Assembly (NCBI RefSeq): GCF_006345805.1
Contig: NC_043004.1
Location: forward strand, 75,826,001-75,890,000
Direction: 5' to 3'
From: Octopus sinensis
Lineage: Eukaryota
Length of the DNA: 64,000 nt
The translations under genes were made by a program, and so were the position numbers. The notes under the pieces were generated by a model. That model was not told the origin of the DNA. It did not search any database and saw only the letters and a list, made by a program, of their open reading frames with translations. Positions within the stretch are counted from its first letter, which is position 1. The number at the start of each line of letters is the position of its first letter. Positions 14,432-27,539 of the stretch are shown one piece after another.

Positions 14432-15524
14432 CAGACATGGTTGTTTGTTGAGAGGCTTGCTTTGCAACCATATGGTTTCAGGTTCATTCCCACTGCACAA
14501 CACCTTAAGCAAGCTCCAAGCCAACCAGTGACTTCAGTAGACTGAAACTATGTGGAAATCTGTCGTGTGTGTGTGTGTGTGTGTGTCTTTGGACCTATGT
14601 TTGACCCCACCACCACCTCCACTTGACAATGATGTTGGTTTCTTTACACCACCTGTAACTTAGTAGTTCAGCAAAATAAATCAATAGAGTAAGTAACCAG
14701 ACTTTAAAAAAAGCAGGTTTCAAGTTGATCTATTCAACTAAAATCCTTCAAGGTGGTGCCCCAGCATGGACACAGTTCAGTTGAATATAAAAGATTATTA
14801 TAGACAGGCCTCACAGAGGCAATGACTGAGACCTTTGGCATTGTGTCGTGCTTGAGAAGAAGACCCATCAAGCCCCATCAAGCTGAACAGTCGTGGCAGA
14901 TACCAGTGTCACTCAAATTGGCACCGGTGCTGATGGCACATAAATGCACCCTGGTGTCACGCACATGGCACCCATGCCGGTGGAGTGCAAAAGCACCCAT
15001 TACACTCTCAAAGTGGTTGGCATTAGGAAGGGTATCCCGCCGTAGAAAACCTTGCCAAATCAGACTGGATTCTGGTGCAGCCTTCCAGCATGGCAGCTCT
15101 AGTGAAACCATTCAACCCATGCCAACATGGACAACAGACACTAAATGATGATGATGATGATGTGGCCAGCTAAGAAGCTTCTAATGTGGTCACCAATCCT
15201 GCTAGAAATAGCTACTAAGTCTGCATGGAAAGGACACATTAGATAACGCAGTCCTTTGCACCCATAAAGATACTGAATGCCAGGCAGAATAGTTAATTGA
15301 CTGTGAAGATGATTTCACATTCAGCGAAACCAGTTCAATTTGGTTTTTTTTTTTTTTTGTTTCCCCCCCCCTTTTTTTTTTGTTTTTAGACTGAGTCTCT
15401 CTCATAATTTATTAATCAGTTTAATTTGAATCAATGATTCAATGAGGTTTCGTGTCCACTGTTTTAAGTATTGGTGTGGTTATGGTGATGATGCTCCTAG
15501 CTAATTCACCTCTCATCTCCCATC

Positions 15525-15583
<59 letters not shown>

Positions 15584-15658
15584 CTCTCTGGATTAAGTAA
15601 CATCAGAAAAAAAAAATTCTAGTACCAACAACCTTGGCTGTTATTATTATTATTATTA

Positions 15659-15711
<53 letters not shown>

Positions 15712-15959
15712 GATATATTTTAATGAGACATATGACGTACTGATTGTATTTAATACATATCCTGTTTGTTGTCCATAATACATAGAGCAGACAAAGAAGG
15801 CCAGGCCATGGACAACAAACCCCTTCCTCCACATTGTTTATTGTATTAAAATGTAAACAAAAATACCAACAATAGATTTAAAATCTTCATTTATTTTGAC
15901 CCCTTTTTTGTTGTTTCTTTGACTGAATTGATGTTTTTTTCCTCTTTTCTCTTTTCTAG

Positions 15960-16041
15960 AGCTGACCCTGAATCCTCCCGAAGGTATTATTGCAGGTCCT
16001 GTTAGTGAAGAGAATTTTTTCGAATGGGAGGCATTGATCAT
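15960..16041 (+). CDS. UBE2G2: UBE2G2/Ubc7-type E2 ubiquitin-conjugating enzyme, first coding exon seen in the window (82 nt)
   Basis: Polypyrimidine + ttttctag acceptor and gtaagg donor. Reads (Q)LTLNPPEGIIAGPVSEENFFEWEALI(M), close to my recollection of human UBE2G2 QLTLNPPEGIVAGPMNEENFFEWEALIM. Confidence 0.96.
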
Positions 16042-16075
16042 GTAAGGCATCTTTTTTCTCTTATTTACTTGGTGC

Positions 16076-16108
<33 letters not shown>

Positions 16109-17302
16109 TGTGTGTGTAAGGGTGCGTGAGAGAAGGAGAGTAAGGGTGAGAGAGAGGGAAAGAGAGGATGAGAGAGAGTAATAGAGGGTAAGAGAGAGGG
16201 TAAGGGTGAGAGAGAGAAAGAGAAGGATGAGAGAGAGAGAAAAAGAAGGGTGGGAGAGAGAAAGAGAAGGATGATAAAGAGAGAGTAAGTGAGAGGGAGA
16301 GACACAGTAAGGGCAAAAGAGAGTGAAAGGTGAGAGAGAGAGTAAGAGTAAGGGAGAGAGAGAGAGGAAAGGGCGAGGGAGAGTAAGGGTGAGAGAGAGA
16401 CTGACTTTCAGTTTGTATGTTTCTTTTATCCATTATCTTTTCCTTATTTTAGTCATTAGACTGTGGCCATGCTGGGGCACTTCCTTGAAGGGTTTAGCCA
16501 AACAAATCAAGCCCAGTACTTGTTTTTTTTAGTCTGGTATTCATGTTAGTCTCATTTGCCAAACTGCTAAGTTACGTAAACAAACCAACACCAGTTGTAA
16601 AGCTGTAGGGAGGGGGCAAACACAAAGACACATACACACACACACATGGGATAACTGTGGAAGGGATAGACCCAGGAAAATGTGGGACAAAGTGGTAAGA
16701 AAGGTCCTTTGGATGCTGAGGACTGAGAGATGTGGCAATTTGCTAAGTTACGCGATGGTGGTGGAAACAAGCACAGACACACACACAGCTAAATACATTT
16801 GAAATCTGATGATTACTCTATGTATGAAAGCGCCGATTTGACTTTATGAGCATTACAAAATTTTTCTTTAATGTTAAAATGCTATATTAAAAAACGTGCA
16901 AACCAGACCTATGTTTTAACTTTATTCAACTGATATATTAATCTATACACATTCACACAAATTTGAACCAAAATGTATATACAAATATTTATAGGGAGAA
17001 TTCACAAAAAAAAAAAGACGAAGACAGGTGGTGTGGACAACAAACAGATGTATTAGTATAATGCTCGGGAAGTGAAAAAGTCTTTAAGGTTTCAAGCCTA
17101 CGCTCTTCCACAGAAAGGAACACAGAAAGAAACAAGGAGAGAAAATAAAGAATGTGTAGTGGCTAGCAATCTATCATGGCGATATATATATATATATATA
17201 TAGTAAATCCCCAAAAAACGAAGAACAAACAAAAAAAACAACAACAAGAGGACATGGTACATGTAAAGTATTAGCAGATGCTCAGGGAAGGAAAGAAAGG
17301 CG

Positions 17303-17337
17303 GTTTTACATTTCAAGCAAAGCTCTTCTTCAGAAAC
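17303..17337 (-). ncRNA. Minimal hammerhead-like motif H5
   Basis: GUUU CUGAAGA A GAGC UUU GCUU GAAAU GUA AAAC. 4 bp stem I and 4 bp stem II. Confidence 0.5.
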
Positions 17338-17522
17338 AGGAGACAGAGGAAAGTCCAATAGAAAAGAAAGACAGACAAAAAAATCGCATATATCATATAT
17401 ATATATATATATATATATATGGCCTGCTCGCTTAGCCAGCGGGGTGGCGTCATTCAAAGGCTAAAACAATGCGAACGCATTGTGACCAGCGATGTGTAAC
17501 AACATCTGATGGTCTGGTCGGT

Positions 17523-17572
<50 letters not shown>

Positions 17573-20500
17573 CAGGCTTCTTTCAGTTTCTGTCTACCAA
17601 ATCCACTCAGAAGGCTTTGGTTGGCCCAAGGCTATAGTAGAAGACACTTGCCCAAGGTGCTACACCGTGGGACTGAACCCAGAACCCTGTGGTTGGGAAG
17701 CAAGCTTCTTACCACACAGCCATTATTTCAGATTTCCATGCCAAATGTATTGCTTATTCCTTCATTTTGTTCTGAATTAATTATGCATTATTTTGTAGCT
17801 TTGAAATTTCAATGATATCACTGTTTATGTTTTGGATGACATTATCGTGTACATGTAAGAGGTCAGATCTGCCCAGTTTAAGCATAAAATGCACCATTTC
17901 AGGCCAGATGCTAAAGGGTTAAAATAAAAAATTGAAATGTATCAACACATGTAATTCATTTGAAACATAATTACAAAAAAGGTTAAACTCTTTCCAAGCT
18001 ACAACAAATGTCAACAGCTGTTTAATATACCCTATCCTATCCAACCATGTCTCTCTCTTCCACTATCAATATTTATCAAATCAATATTAGTGCAGAGCAG
18101 TTTATGGTCTCTCAATCATAGGCCGCAAACTGCACTGGCTTAACTTCAAGTGTTGTCTTCTCCCTTTTCTCTCTGAATAATTTATCTCCCAACGCCACCA
18201 CATATACCCTCACAATAGTCGCTTTCTCTTTCTTTTTGTTTTTCTTTCTTTTGTTCAGCTAGGTCTTTTGATGCTCCCTGCATTAAAAATGTTCACACTA
18301 ACTTCAACGATCCTATCTATATGTTCCTGTGATCCTCACCTAAACATTGACCTCAGCAAGATTTGAACTCAGAATGTAAATGGGTGGAACAAATACCATG
18401 AGACATTTTGTCTGACTTTGTAATAAATTTGCCAGCTACCCCCTCCTCCTCCTTATTTTTTCTGCAACCAAATATCACAGTGAAAACTTATTCTAATTTT
18501 CTTTTTTACTTTTTACTTTCATTATTCTGTTTCTCCAGAGCAAAATCTTTTTTTCTTTTTTTTTAATAGATATTTCATTTTCACATGATTACATGATCGA
18601 CCACACTGTTTGAATGTTGTTATACATCACTGGTCACGATGCACTTTACATCATTTTAGCTTTGAAGCAAACTAACATTCCCTCTGATTGGAGGGCCAGT
18701 CTGTCACAGGATAAACCCATTTACAGCTGAGTAGACTGAGGCAATGTGAAATAAAGTGTTTAGCTCAAGAACACAATACACATCCAATCTGGGGATCAAA
18801 CCCATAATCCTGTGCTTACGAGTGCAACAGCCTAACCACTAGGTCACTCACCTTCACACATTCCATTTTACCTGATGTTCATTTTCAGTTTCTCTCAGAT
18901 TTTAACTCTTTCTGTAATCTTCCATCCTTTCTGGGTTTTTCTTAGTTGTGTATCACCCACATCTTTAGATCGTCCCTGATGTCTGCTTTAACATGGCTTT
19001 CAAGAACAACCTCACATAAGCATCAATAAAACACCCAACCTCTGCAGATGTGTATGTCTGCCAGATCACCGTTGATAGACGAGCACTGCTTCATGATGTT
19101 GATATGCTTTAAGCTAGAGAAATATGCTTATGCTTTCATATATATATATATATATATAATATAAATAATATATAAATATATGTATATATATACATGCATA
19201 AATGGGTATAGGACATCAAAAAAAATGTGAACAAAATGAGAAACAAGAACATAAAAACAAAAACATAGAAAACAAACTCTTTTTCGAACAACAGAAGAAA
19301 CAAATAGAGAAACGAGACAAGCAACATAAAGAATATTGTCTTCTATTTTATCTAATCAGCGTTTCGAAGGTAGAGACAAGATGCGACTTCGTTAAAGCAG
19401 TCCTTCCTGCAAAGAAAATTAAATAAAATTTGGGATTTTTTTTGCGGAGGGTTAAAGTGGTAACAAAAAACAGGACAGTGAGAACAAATCAGTAAAAAAC
19501 AAACGGTGAGGGCTGTTAAGCCGAAACAATGTGAAGTGGTGAATGCTGGAAAAACTAGCTTTTAGAAGAGACAGGCAAAAGCACATCTTGTCATTAGGAA
19601 GGAAGTGGAAGAAAGAATGATAGATAGCCATTGGTCACGTGTGAGCAACAAGTCGAGGAGGAAGAGTGAGAGAGGGGGGACGGTGAAGGGGAGAGGAGAA
19701 GAATAGGGAAAATATATATATATATATAGATAGTGTGGTACTTATTTTGCTGAACTACTAAGTTACAAGTTATTAAGCAGTTGTCACTGTTTGACAAGTG
19801 GTATAGGGTGGTGGGGAAGACACAAGACAGACAAACATACACACACACATACATACATTGACGGGTTTCCACTCAGTTTCCATCTACCAAATTCACTCAT
19901 AGGACATTGGTTAGCCCAGGGCTGTAGTAGCAGCCCTTTGCCCTAGGTTTCCAGCACTGTGGTACTGAACCCAAAACCACATGTTTGGAAAGCTAGTTTG
20001 TGAACCACACTACACATCTCTGGTTAACATTTTTTAACTATTTTGCAAATGGCAGTTTGCGCTGCAGTTATTCACTGGCAGGTAGGGTTTGAAAAGCCTT
20101 ATGCTTCCCAATCATGTGGTTACAGGTTCAGTCCCATTGTATGCACCTTGGACAAATGTCCTCTACTATAGCCTCAGACCAACCAAAGCCCTGTGAGTGA
20201 ATTTCGTAGGAGACTGAAAGAAGCCCACATATGTTTGTGCCGATGGCACCTAAAAAGCACCCACAACACTCTCAGAGTGGTTGGCGTTAGGAAGGGCATC
20301 CAGCTGTAGAAACTCTGCCAGATCAAGATTGGAGCCTGGTGTTGCCATCTGGTTCGCCAGCCCTCAGTCAAAATCGTCCAACCCATGCTAGCATGGAAAG
20401 CAGACGTTAAACGATGATGATGATGTATATATGTATATATCTATGAATGTGTGTCTTTGTGTCTGCGTTTGTCCCCCACCTCAGCTTGACAACCAGTGTG

Positions 20501-21911
20501 GGTGTGTTTACATTCCTGTAACTTAGCAGTTTGACAAAAGAGATTGATAGAATAAATACCAGACTTTAAAAAGAAGTACTGAGGTCAATTCATTCGACTA
20601 AGGTATTTTCATGGTGGTGCCCCAGCTTGGCCACAGTCTAATACCTGAAACAAGTAAATGATAAAAGGTAACTCCCTTATAATTTCCTGTCTGGCAATGA
20701 GATTACTAAAGGTAAAAAACCTATTTCTGTCTTCTTAACATCAACTCTTCCTTTCGCCTCGACACCCAACTCACCTTTATTCACTTGGCCACATTTCATC
20801 CTTTGAGGATGTGACTCCATTTTCATTCATTTCCTCATGTATCTTTACTACCACGATTTATAAATCATTTTACCCAAAATAATAATTTTCTTTCTCAATT
20901 TAATTATTTGCTGCAATAAAGATAAAAATCCACATTTTGCCTTAAACTATTTATTTCAAAATGTTCATGAACCGACCACCACCACCACCACCGTAAACCA
21001 TCGCCAACAGATAATGAAAGAAACTCATCATTTTTAATGACTTCCTTGATTTAGCATTCGGATAATCAGCTTCCTATTACTCCGAAGATCAAAAGGTTTA
21101 AATGAGCTGTAAAAAAAAACAAAAAAAAAAGAAAAGAAAAGAAAAAACGTGAAACAAATCATGCATGCTTCAAGTATATTTATGTGTATATAAATGTCTA
21201 TATATGTGTGTGTATATAAATGTATATATATGTGTGTGTATATAAATGTCTATATGTGTGTGTGTGTGTATAAATGTCTATGTATGTGCACACACACATT
21301 TTTTTTATTAATTACTGACAGCAGTTACAGAGTGACTCAAGGGCCAAAAGTTTCATGCATTGGTAACATATAAAACTCTTGGCCCTTAAACGAGTTCTAT
21401 TTTCCTCTTTGCATCAACAAACGCATCATCAGCATCATCATCGTCGTCGTCATTTATTGTCAGTTTTCCATGCTGGTATATATTCTTTTACTTGTTTTAG
21501 TCATTTGACTGCAGCCATGCTGGAGCACCACCTTTAGTCGTGCAAATCGACTCCAGGACTTCTCTTTTGTAAGCCTAGTACTTATTCTATCGGTCTCTTT
21601 TGCTAAACTGCTAAGTTACTGGGATATAAACACACCAGCATCAGTTGTCAAGTGATGTTGGGAAGACAAACACAGACACACAAACATATACACATGCATG
21701 TATACATATATATATATATATATATATACATACACGGTGGGCTTCTTTCAGTTTCCATCTCTCAAATCCACTCACAAGACTTGGGTGGACTGAGACTATA
21801 GTAGAAGACACTTGCCCAAGGTACCACGCAGTGGGACTGAACCCAGAACCATGTTTTTGGTAAGCAAGCTACTTACCACTCCTGCACCTATATATATATA
21901 TTATATACATA

Positions 21912-22570
21912 TATGATTAGACAAAATGATGGAAGCACTTTCTTAGAAGTTTTTCTTTTATTTGATACAGAGTTAGTCGACCTTTGACATTAATCACAGC
22001 TTTAATAAGTTGAGGAATTGATGAGTACAGGCTCTGAATGGTTGTTAGGGAAATGTTGAGCCATTCTCCAAGTAAAACCTGCCTTAGTTCTTTCAGTAAA
22101 GATGGCAAAGGGGAGTGGTTTTTCACTTGCTGCTCTAAAATGCACTGTAAATGTTTGATAATATTGAGATCTAGTGGTTGTATGCACCATTCTAAGTGGT
22201 CTGCTTCACTTTTGTAGTCCTCTTACCAATGTTGAATAGCATTAGCCATGTGAGTTGGTGAATTATTCCTGGAAGATTGTGCTTCTGTTAGAGAACAATG
22301 TTTGCACCACAAGATGGACGTGATTAGCCAAAATTCTCGGATGATCTTTAGCATTCACTCTACCATCTGAAACAACAAAAGTAGCCAGAGAATTCCATGA
22401 TGTGTCGGCTGAAATCACCACTGAAACACCTCTATGCTTCACAGTTGGGGACCAAACAATCTGGGTTGCCGTTTTCTTTGAGTTTTCTCCAAACATAAAC
22501 CTGTCCCAAGTGGGAAACAGAGAGGATAATGGTTCATCAGAGAAGACATTGTTCCACTGAGCCATTGACT
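21912..22570 (-). pseudogene. Decayed Tc1/mariner transposase (DDE domain and C-terminus) with a TIR remnant, in a UBE2G2 intron
   Basis: Minus-strand segments WNNVFSDE...PTVKHRGVSV...GRVNAKDH...IFQE*, PLDLNIIKHL and EWLNISLTTIQSLYSSIPQLIKAVINVKGRLTLY match Tc1 motifs (FSDES, PTVKHGGGSV, SPDLNIIE). Stops and frameshifts present. gattagacaaaatgatggaagcact near 21915 looks like a TIR. Confidence 0.9.
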
Positions 22571-23344
22571 ACTTCTGATAGTCTAGATACCTGTTTCTTT
22601 ATTACCCACAATGGGCTAAACACAGAGAGGACAGACAAACAGATCAAGTCGATTATATCGACCCCAGTGTATAACTGGTGCTTATTTGATTGACCCCAAA
22701 AGGATGAAAGGCAAAGTTGACCTCGGCGGAATTTGAACTCAGAACGTAGCAGCAGACGAAATACCGCTAAGCATTTCGCCTGGCATGCTAACGTTTCTGC
22801 CAGCTCGCTACCTTATAGTCTAGATACCATTTTCTTGATTACCAATGTCAATAGGGGACAGGAGAGATTTAGTAACTGCAACGCAAATGGTATCCATTGT
22901 TTTGAAGGTCACAACAAACAGTTTCCATTGTGGTTTAGCTCTGCTGTCACTTTCGCTCCAGCCATCTGCAAACGAACAATTTGTCTTCTTTGGAAATCAG
23001 ATAAGTCATGCATTTTGACTTGTTTATATACAAATAGTTGTTAAAGAAAGATATAACAAAGGGCTGTATCATGAAGTACAAGGGAACCACAACACATATG
23101 AAAACCACTATACAGATAAGAACTGCTTTGAATTTGTCATATTGACACCCTCGGAGTGGTTGGTGTTAGGAAGAGCATCCAGCTGTAGAAACTTTGCCAG
23201 ATCAAGATTGGAGCCTGATGCAGCCTTCTGGCTTGCCAGCCCTCCGTCAATCCATCCAACCCATGCCAGCATGGAAAGCGGACATTAAACGACAACAATG
23301 ATGATGGTGATGATGACCATAGGGAAGAATTGTTAAATAAAAAG

Positions 23345-23498
23345 TGGTGCCTTTAGTCGAGCAAATCGACCCTATGACTTATTCTTTGTAAACCGAGTAC
23401 TTATTCTATCAGTCACTTTTGCTGAACCGCTAAGTTACAGGGACATAAACACACCACCATTGGTTATCAGGCGATGTTGGGGGAACAAACATATACAC

Positions 23499-23529
<31 letters not shown>

Positions 23530-23781
23530 CAATGGGCTTCTTTCCGTCTACCAAATCCACTCACAAGGCTTTGGTTGGCCCGAAGCTATAGTAGAAGACA
23601 CTTATCCAAGGTCAAGGTGCCATGTAGTGGGACTGAACCCGGAACCATGTGGTTTCTAAGCAAGCTACTTACCACACAGCCACTCCTATGCCTATGTGGC
23701 ACCGTGGGCAAATGTCTTCTACCATAGCCTCGGGCCGACCAAAGATTTGGTAGACAGAAACTGAAAGAAGCCCATTGTATG

Positions 23782-23822
<41 letters not shown>

Positions 23823-24040
23823 ATACGCATGTGTGTGTCTGTGTTTGTCCCCTCAACATTGCTTGACAACCAATGCTGGTGTGCTTACGTCCCCATAATG
23901 TAGTGGTTCAGCAAAAGAGGCTGATAGAATAAGTACTGGGCTTGCAAAGAATAAGTCCTGGGGTCGATTTGCTCGACTAAAGGCAGTGCTCCAGCATGCC
24001 CACAGTCAAATGACCGAAACAAATAAAAGAGTAAAAGAGT
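23345..24040. mobile_element. Two SINE family A copies head-to-head (inverted pair)
   Basis: Minus copy about 23345-23690 directly abuts a 5'-truncated plus copy about 23695-24040. Confidence 0.85.
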
Positions 24041-24042
24041 AC

Positions 24043-24092
<50 letters not shown>

Positions 24093-24223
24093 ACAATAAA
24101 ATAGTTGAAATTATACTGTTAATCTTAAACTCAGATTATTGTGTATGAAGTTACTTTCCTCAGTAATGTCATTATTAAAGTGTCCTCTTGTTTTTCTTCT
24201 TTGTTTTCCATTTTTCCATCAAG

Positions 24224-24342
24224 GGGTCCTGAAGGTACTTGTTTTGAAGGTGGCGTCTTTTTAACTCGACTCATGTTTCCTCCAGATTATCCCTTAAGTC
24301 CTCCAAAAATGAAATTTAACAGTGAAATTTTTCACCCTAACA
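24224..24342 (+). CDS. UBE2G2: UBE2G2 coding exon (119 nt)
   Basis: Acceptor ...tttttccatcaag (less common AAG), donor gtaagt. Encodes GPEGTCFEGGVFLTRLMFPPDYPLSPPKMKFNSEIFHPN, including the UBC-fold PxDYP-PP and HPN motifs. Phase is compatible with both neighbours. Confidence 0.97.
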
Positions 24343-24557
24343 GTAAGTCGTCGGTTTTAATTATCAATGTTGTTATTATTTATATTAAAAGAAATCTGAA
24401 ATATATGCATGCCTCTGCAAATATTTTCTGTAAGTGTTAACAAATGTTAAAACTAATTAACTTTTTGACTTCTCTTCACCAAGTCCTAGTTAGTTTTGGG
24501 TATCAGAGGTTGTAATTAATTAACTGATTCACATGTTACTAATACTTATTTTATTAA

Positions 24558-24753
24558 CCCTTTTGATACCAATCCGGCCAAATCTACCTCTGGCTCTATA
24601 GTACAAATGTCTTACTTTCATAAGTATTGAATTAAAATCTTCCATCAAACCTTAGTCACAATTTAATGATATCTAAGTTCTTTTACTCAATTCTTTGTTA
24701 TATTTAAAATTAATTGAATGAAACATCTCAAAACAAATACAGTAACGAAAGGG
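24558..24753. mobile_element. piggyBac-type MITE in a UBE2G2 intron
   Basis: TTAA at 24554-24557 and 24754-24757. Termini CCCTTTTGATAC / GTAACGAAAGGG match at 10 of 12 positions as an inverted repeat. Confidence 0.75.
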
Positions 24754-25059
24754 TTAACCTTCATGAAAAGTAAAATCAAAATGAATCTCAGCAAGGTTTC
24801 AACAAATAACTATTTGAATATTTTCCTATAGGCACAGGCGTGGCTGTGTGGGTAAGAAGCTTGCTTCTCAACCATGTAATCTCAGGTTCAATCCCATTCT
24901 GTGCCACCTTGGGCAAGTGTCTTCTGTTATCACCCCAAGCCAGGTGGAGCTGAATCAGACTGCTGTTAAAAGTATATGCAGCACCTGTCAAGTGTATTGA
25001 GTGCTACCTTCTTTCGATTGTTCACTCACACATATGTGTGAGTGTGTGTGTATATATAT

Positions 25060-25420
25060 ATATATGGTAGTGGTGGTTGTCTACTTCTAATGCAGAGTTT
25101 GACCACCTTAGAACCATCATGGCATCTGATGTGGATTTTTAAACCAAACAATGTTTTGAAAAGACAGCCACATAGATTGCATATCTGGTTTGAACCACCA
25201 AGAGCTACAGCTAAGTTCTGATTTTTGTGGATCTTAAAATATGTTTTGAGGCCTCTTTTAGATTTGCAAACCTTCTGGCATACACTGCATTGAAAGGTGT
25301 GCACAGACATACAGACAGAATAGTTGGTGGAGGTTCGTTTTTCATGGGTTTGCAAATGAGATTCGAGCTGAGCAAAAGAAAAGCATGGTCTGTCACAAAC
25401 TGTGCACACAAAAATATATA
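25060..25420 (-). mobile_element. Fragment encoding three C2H2 zinc fingers, probably an RTE LINE 3' end, antisense in a UBE2G2 intron
   Basis: CTVC-x12-HLQTH, CSVC-x12-YFKIH (His replaced by Tyr) and CNLC-x12-HIRCH. Linkers are not TGEKP, and it ends in an RTE-like tail (agtagacaaccaccactaccat). Confidence 0.7.
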
Positions 25421-26066
25421 TATGATGATGATGAAGGCTGTCTACTCGTGACCAAGAAAGACCATCACTGACCATTGCCCATACGAAATGCCAGCAATGT
25501 CCATGCATGAGGTTATTGCAGCAGCAGTCAGCTTCACCTGGATACACACCTGCAATGTCCATATTTGCTGCAGCACCAACCTGCTCAACTGAACCTCAGA
25601 TTGTCACCTTGCCAGTGATTGCACAATCTGAACTTTTAAGTCCAATAAGGCTTGCACACCACCTCACCGACCCTGTCCATCCTACTGACATGATTCAGAG
25701 ACAAGCCAGGACCAGACATCCACTACTAATATGTGTCGTGGGCTCAGGAGTGTGGGAGCACCATGATTTCAGGTGCAAGTAAAAGGTCCCCAAAATGTTC
25801 AATGCCACTCCCTGCATATTTGGTTTTATATCAGAGTGACCTTCTCCTAGAGACATGCTTTAGCAAATGCTAAGAATGCCTTGCTCCCAGTAGTCTTCCA
25901 GCATGTCAGACACCAACCCAGAATTTCCAAGGGCCTGTGCTATTGCTAGACAGCCATTATAGAGAGAGAAAAGAATTATGTAAAACTTAGTGCTAGGTTT
26001 TAACATCAGCCAAAATGATGCTTTCTTGTTAACTCTAATGTTTTTGGAACATTATTTTATTTTCTG

Positions 26067-26117
<51 letters not shown>

Positions 26118-26199
26118 TATTAAAACCATGTTGGCATGGTTTTTCTTTTTCTTTTGTGTGTTCTCTCTAAATGCTTGTGATTCTCTTCTGCTTTTGCAG

Positions 26200-26340
26200 T
26201 TTATGTTGACGGCCGTGTATGTATCTCAATTCTTCATGCACCTGGAGACGACCCCATGGGATATGAGACCAGTGCTGAAAGGTGGAGTCCAGTACAAAGT
26301 GTTGAGAAAATCCTTCTCTCTGTTGTCAGTATGTTAGCAG
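26200..26340 (+). CDS. UBE2G2: UBE2G2 coding exon with catalytic Cys and acidic loop (141 nt)
   Basis: Acceptor cttttgcag, donor gtgaga. Encodes (I)[46 protein letters not shown]. Active-site Cys codon TGT at 26220-26222, followed by the Ubc7/UBE2G-type acidic insertion. Confidence 0.98.
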
Positions 26341-27539
26341 GTGAGAAATTACTTTCCAGAGTACTGTAGTTATCTGAGTGGTAAGAAGTTGGCTTCCCAA
26401 CCACATGGTTCCAAGTTCAGTCCCACTGTGTGGAACCTTGGACCAACTCTGTCAAATAAAGATAAAACCAAAGCTTTGTGAGTGGATTTGGTAAAAGGAA
26501 ACTGAAAGAAGCCTAGCTTGTGTGTGTGTCTGTGTTGGTATCGCACCACTGCTTGACAACCAAAGTTGGTTTATTTACATCCCCTGTAACTTAGTCAAAT
26601 TCATTCGTCTAAAAATTCGTCAAGGTGGTGCCCCAGTATGTCTGTAGTCTAATAACTGAAACAGGTAAAAGGTAAATAGGAAATGTATGCGTATCAAGAG
26701 AATTACCCCCCGCCCCAGTACGACAATTCCCTCCGACAACTACTACCCCCTAGGACAGTTACCCCCCTCTCCAATATATAAAGACATTTTAAATCATCAT
26801 CTGTTGTCCACAGGGGTAATTGTCTTTGGTGGAGCTATTGTCGATGGAGCTAATGTCCTAGACTCAATGTATGTGTGTGGTTAAGCTGTTTCTTCCACAA
26901 ACAAACACCATATTTACATATTTACTCAGGTTGAAGCTGCACCCAAAATTTATGTTAAGCTTAGGTTCAAAATTTGTTTCCTTTCATATTCAAACTTATT
27001 ATCAGCTTTCCTCTCTTGGTAATAAATCTCACCCCCAGTCTTTACAGTTGACATCAAACATGAAATAATACAACTCATTACACTTCTGTACACAATCCTA
27101 CCAAGCAGCGCTTTGGGCAACGGCCTCTACAGTGGCCTCAACTTAAACAATACTGTGAGACGAATTCGCTGGAAAAGAACAGTGGAAGCCCACCGCATGT
27201 ATGTGTTCATTAAGGCGTCGAGCTGGCAGACACGTTAGCACACCGGGCGAAATGTGTAGCCGTATTTCGTCTGCCATTACATTCTGAGTTCAAATTCCAC
27301 CAAGGTCGACTTTGCCTTTCATCCTTTCGGGGTCGATTAAATAAGTACCAGTTACGCACTGGGGTTGATTAAATAAGTACCAGTTACACACTGGGGTCAA
27401 TATAATCGACTTAATCCGTTTGTCTGTCCTTGTTTGTCCTCTCTGTGTTTAGCCCCTTGTGGGTAGTAAAGAAATAGGTATTTCGTCTGTCTTTACATTT
27501 CTGAGTTCAAATTCTGCCGAGGTCAACTTTACCTTTCAT

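Noticed and set aside
19360-19545. Further GAAAC-containing stem-loops as hammerheads
   Set aside because: The 5' core is too degenerate (no CUGANGA).
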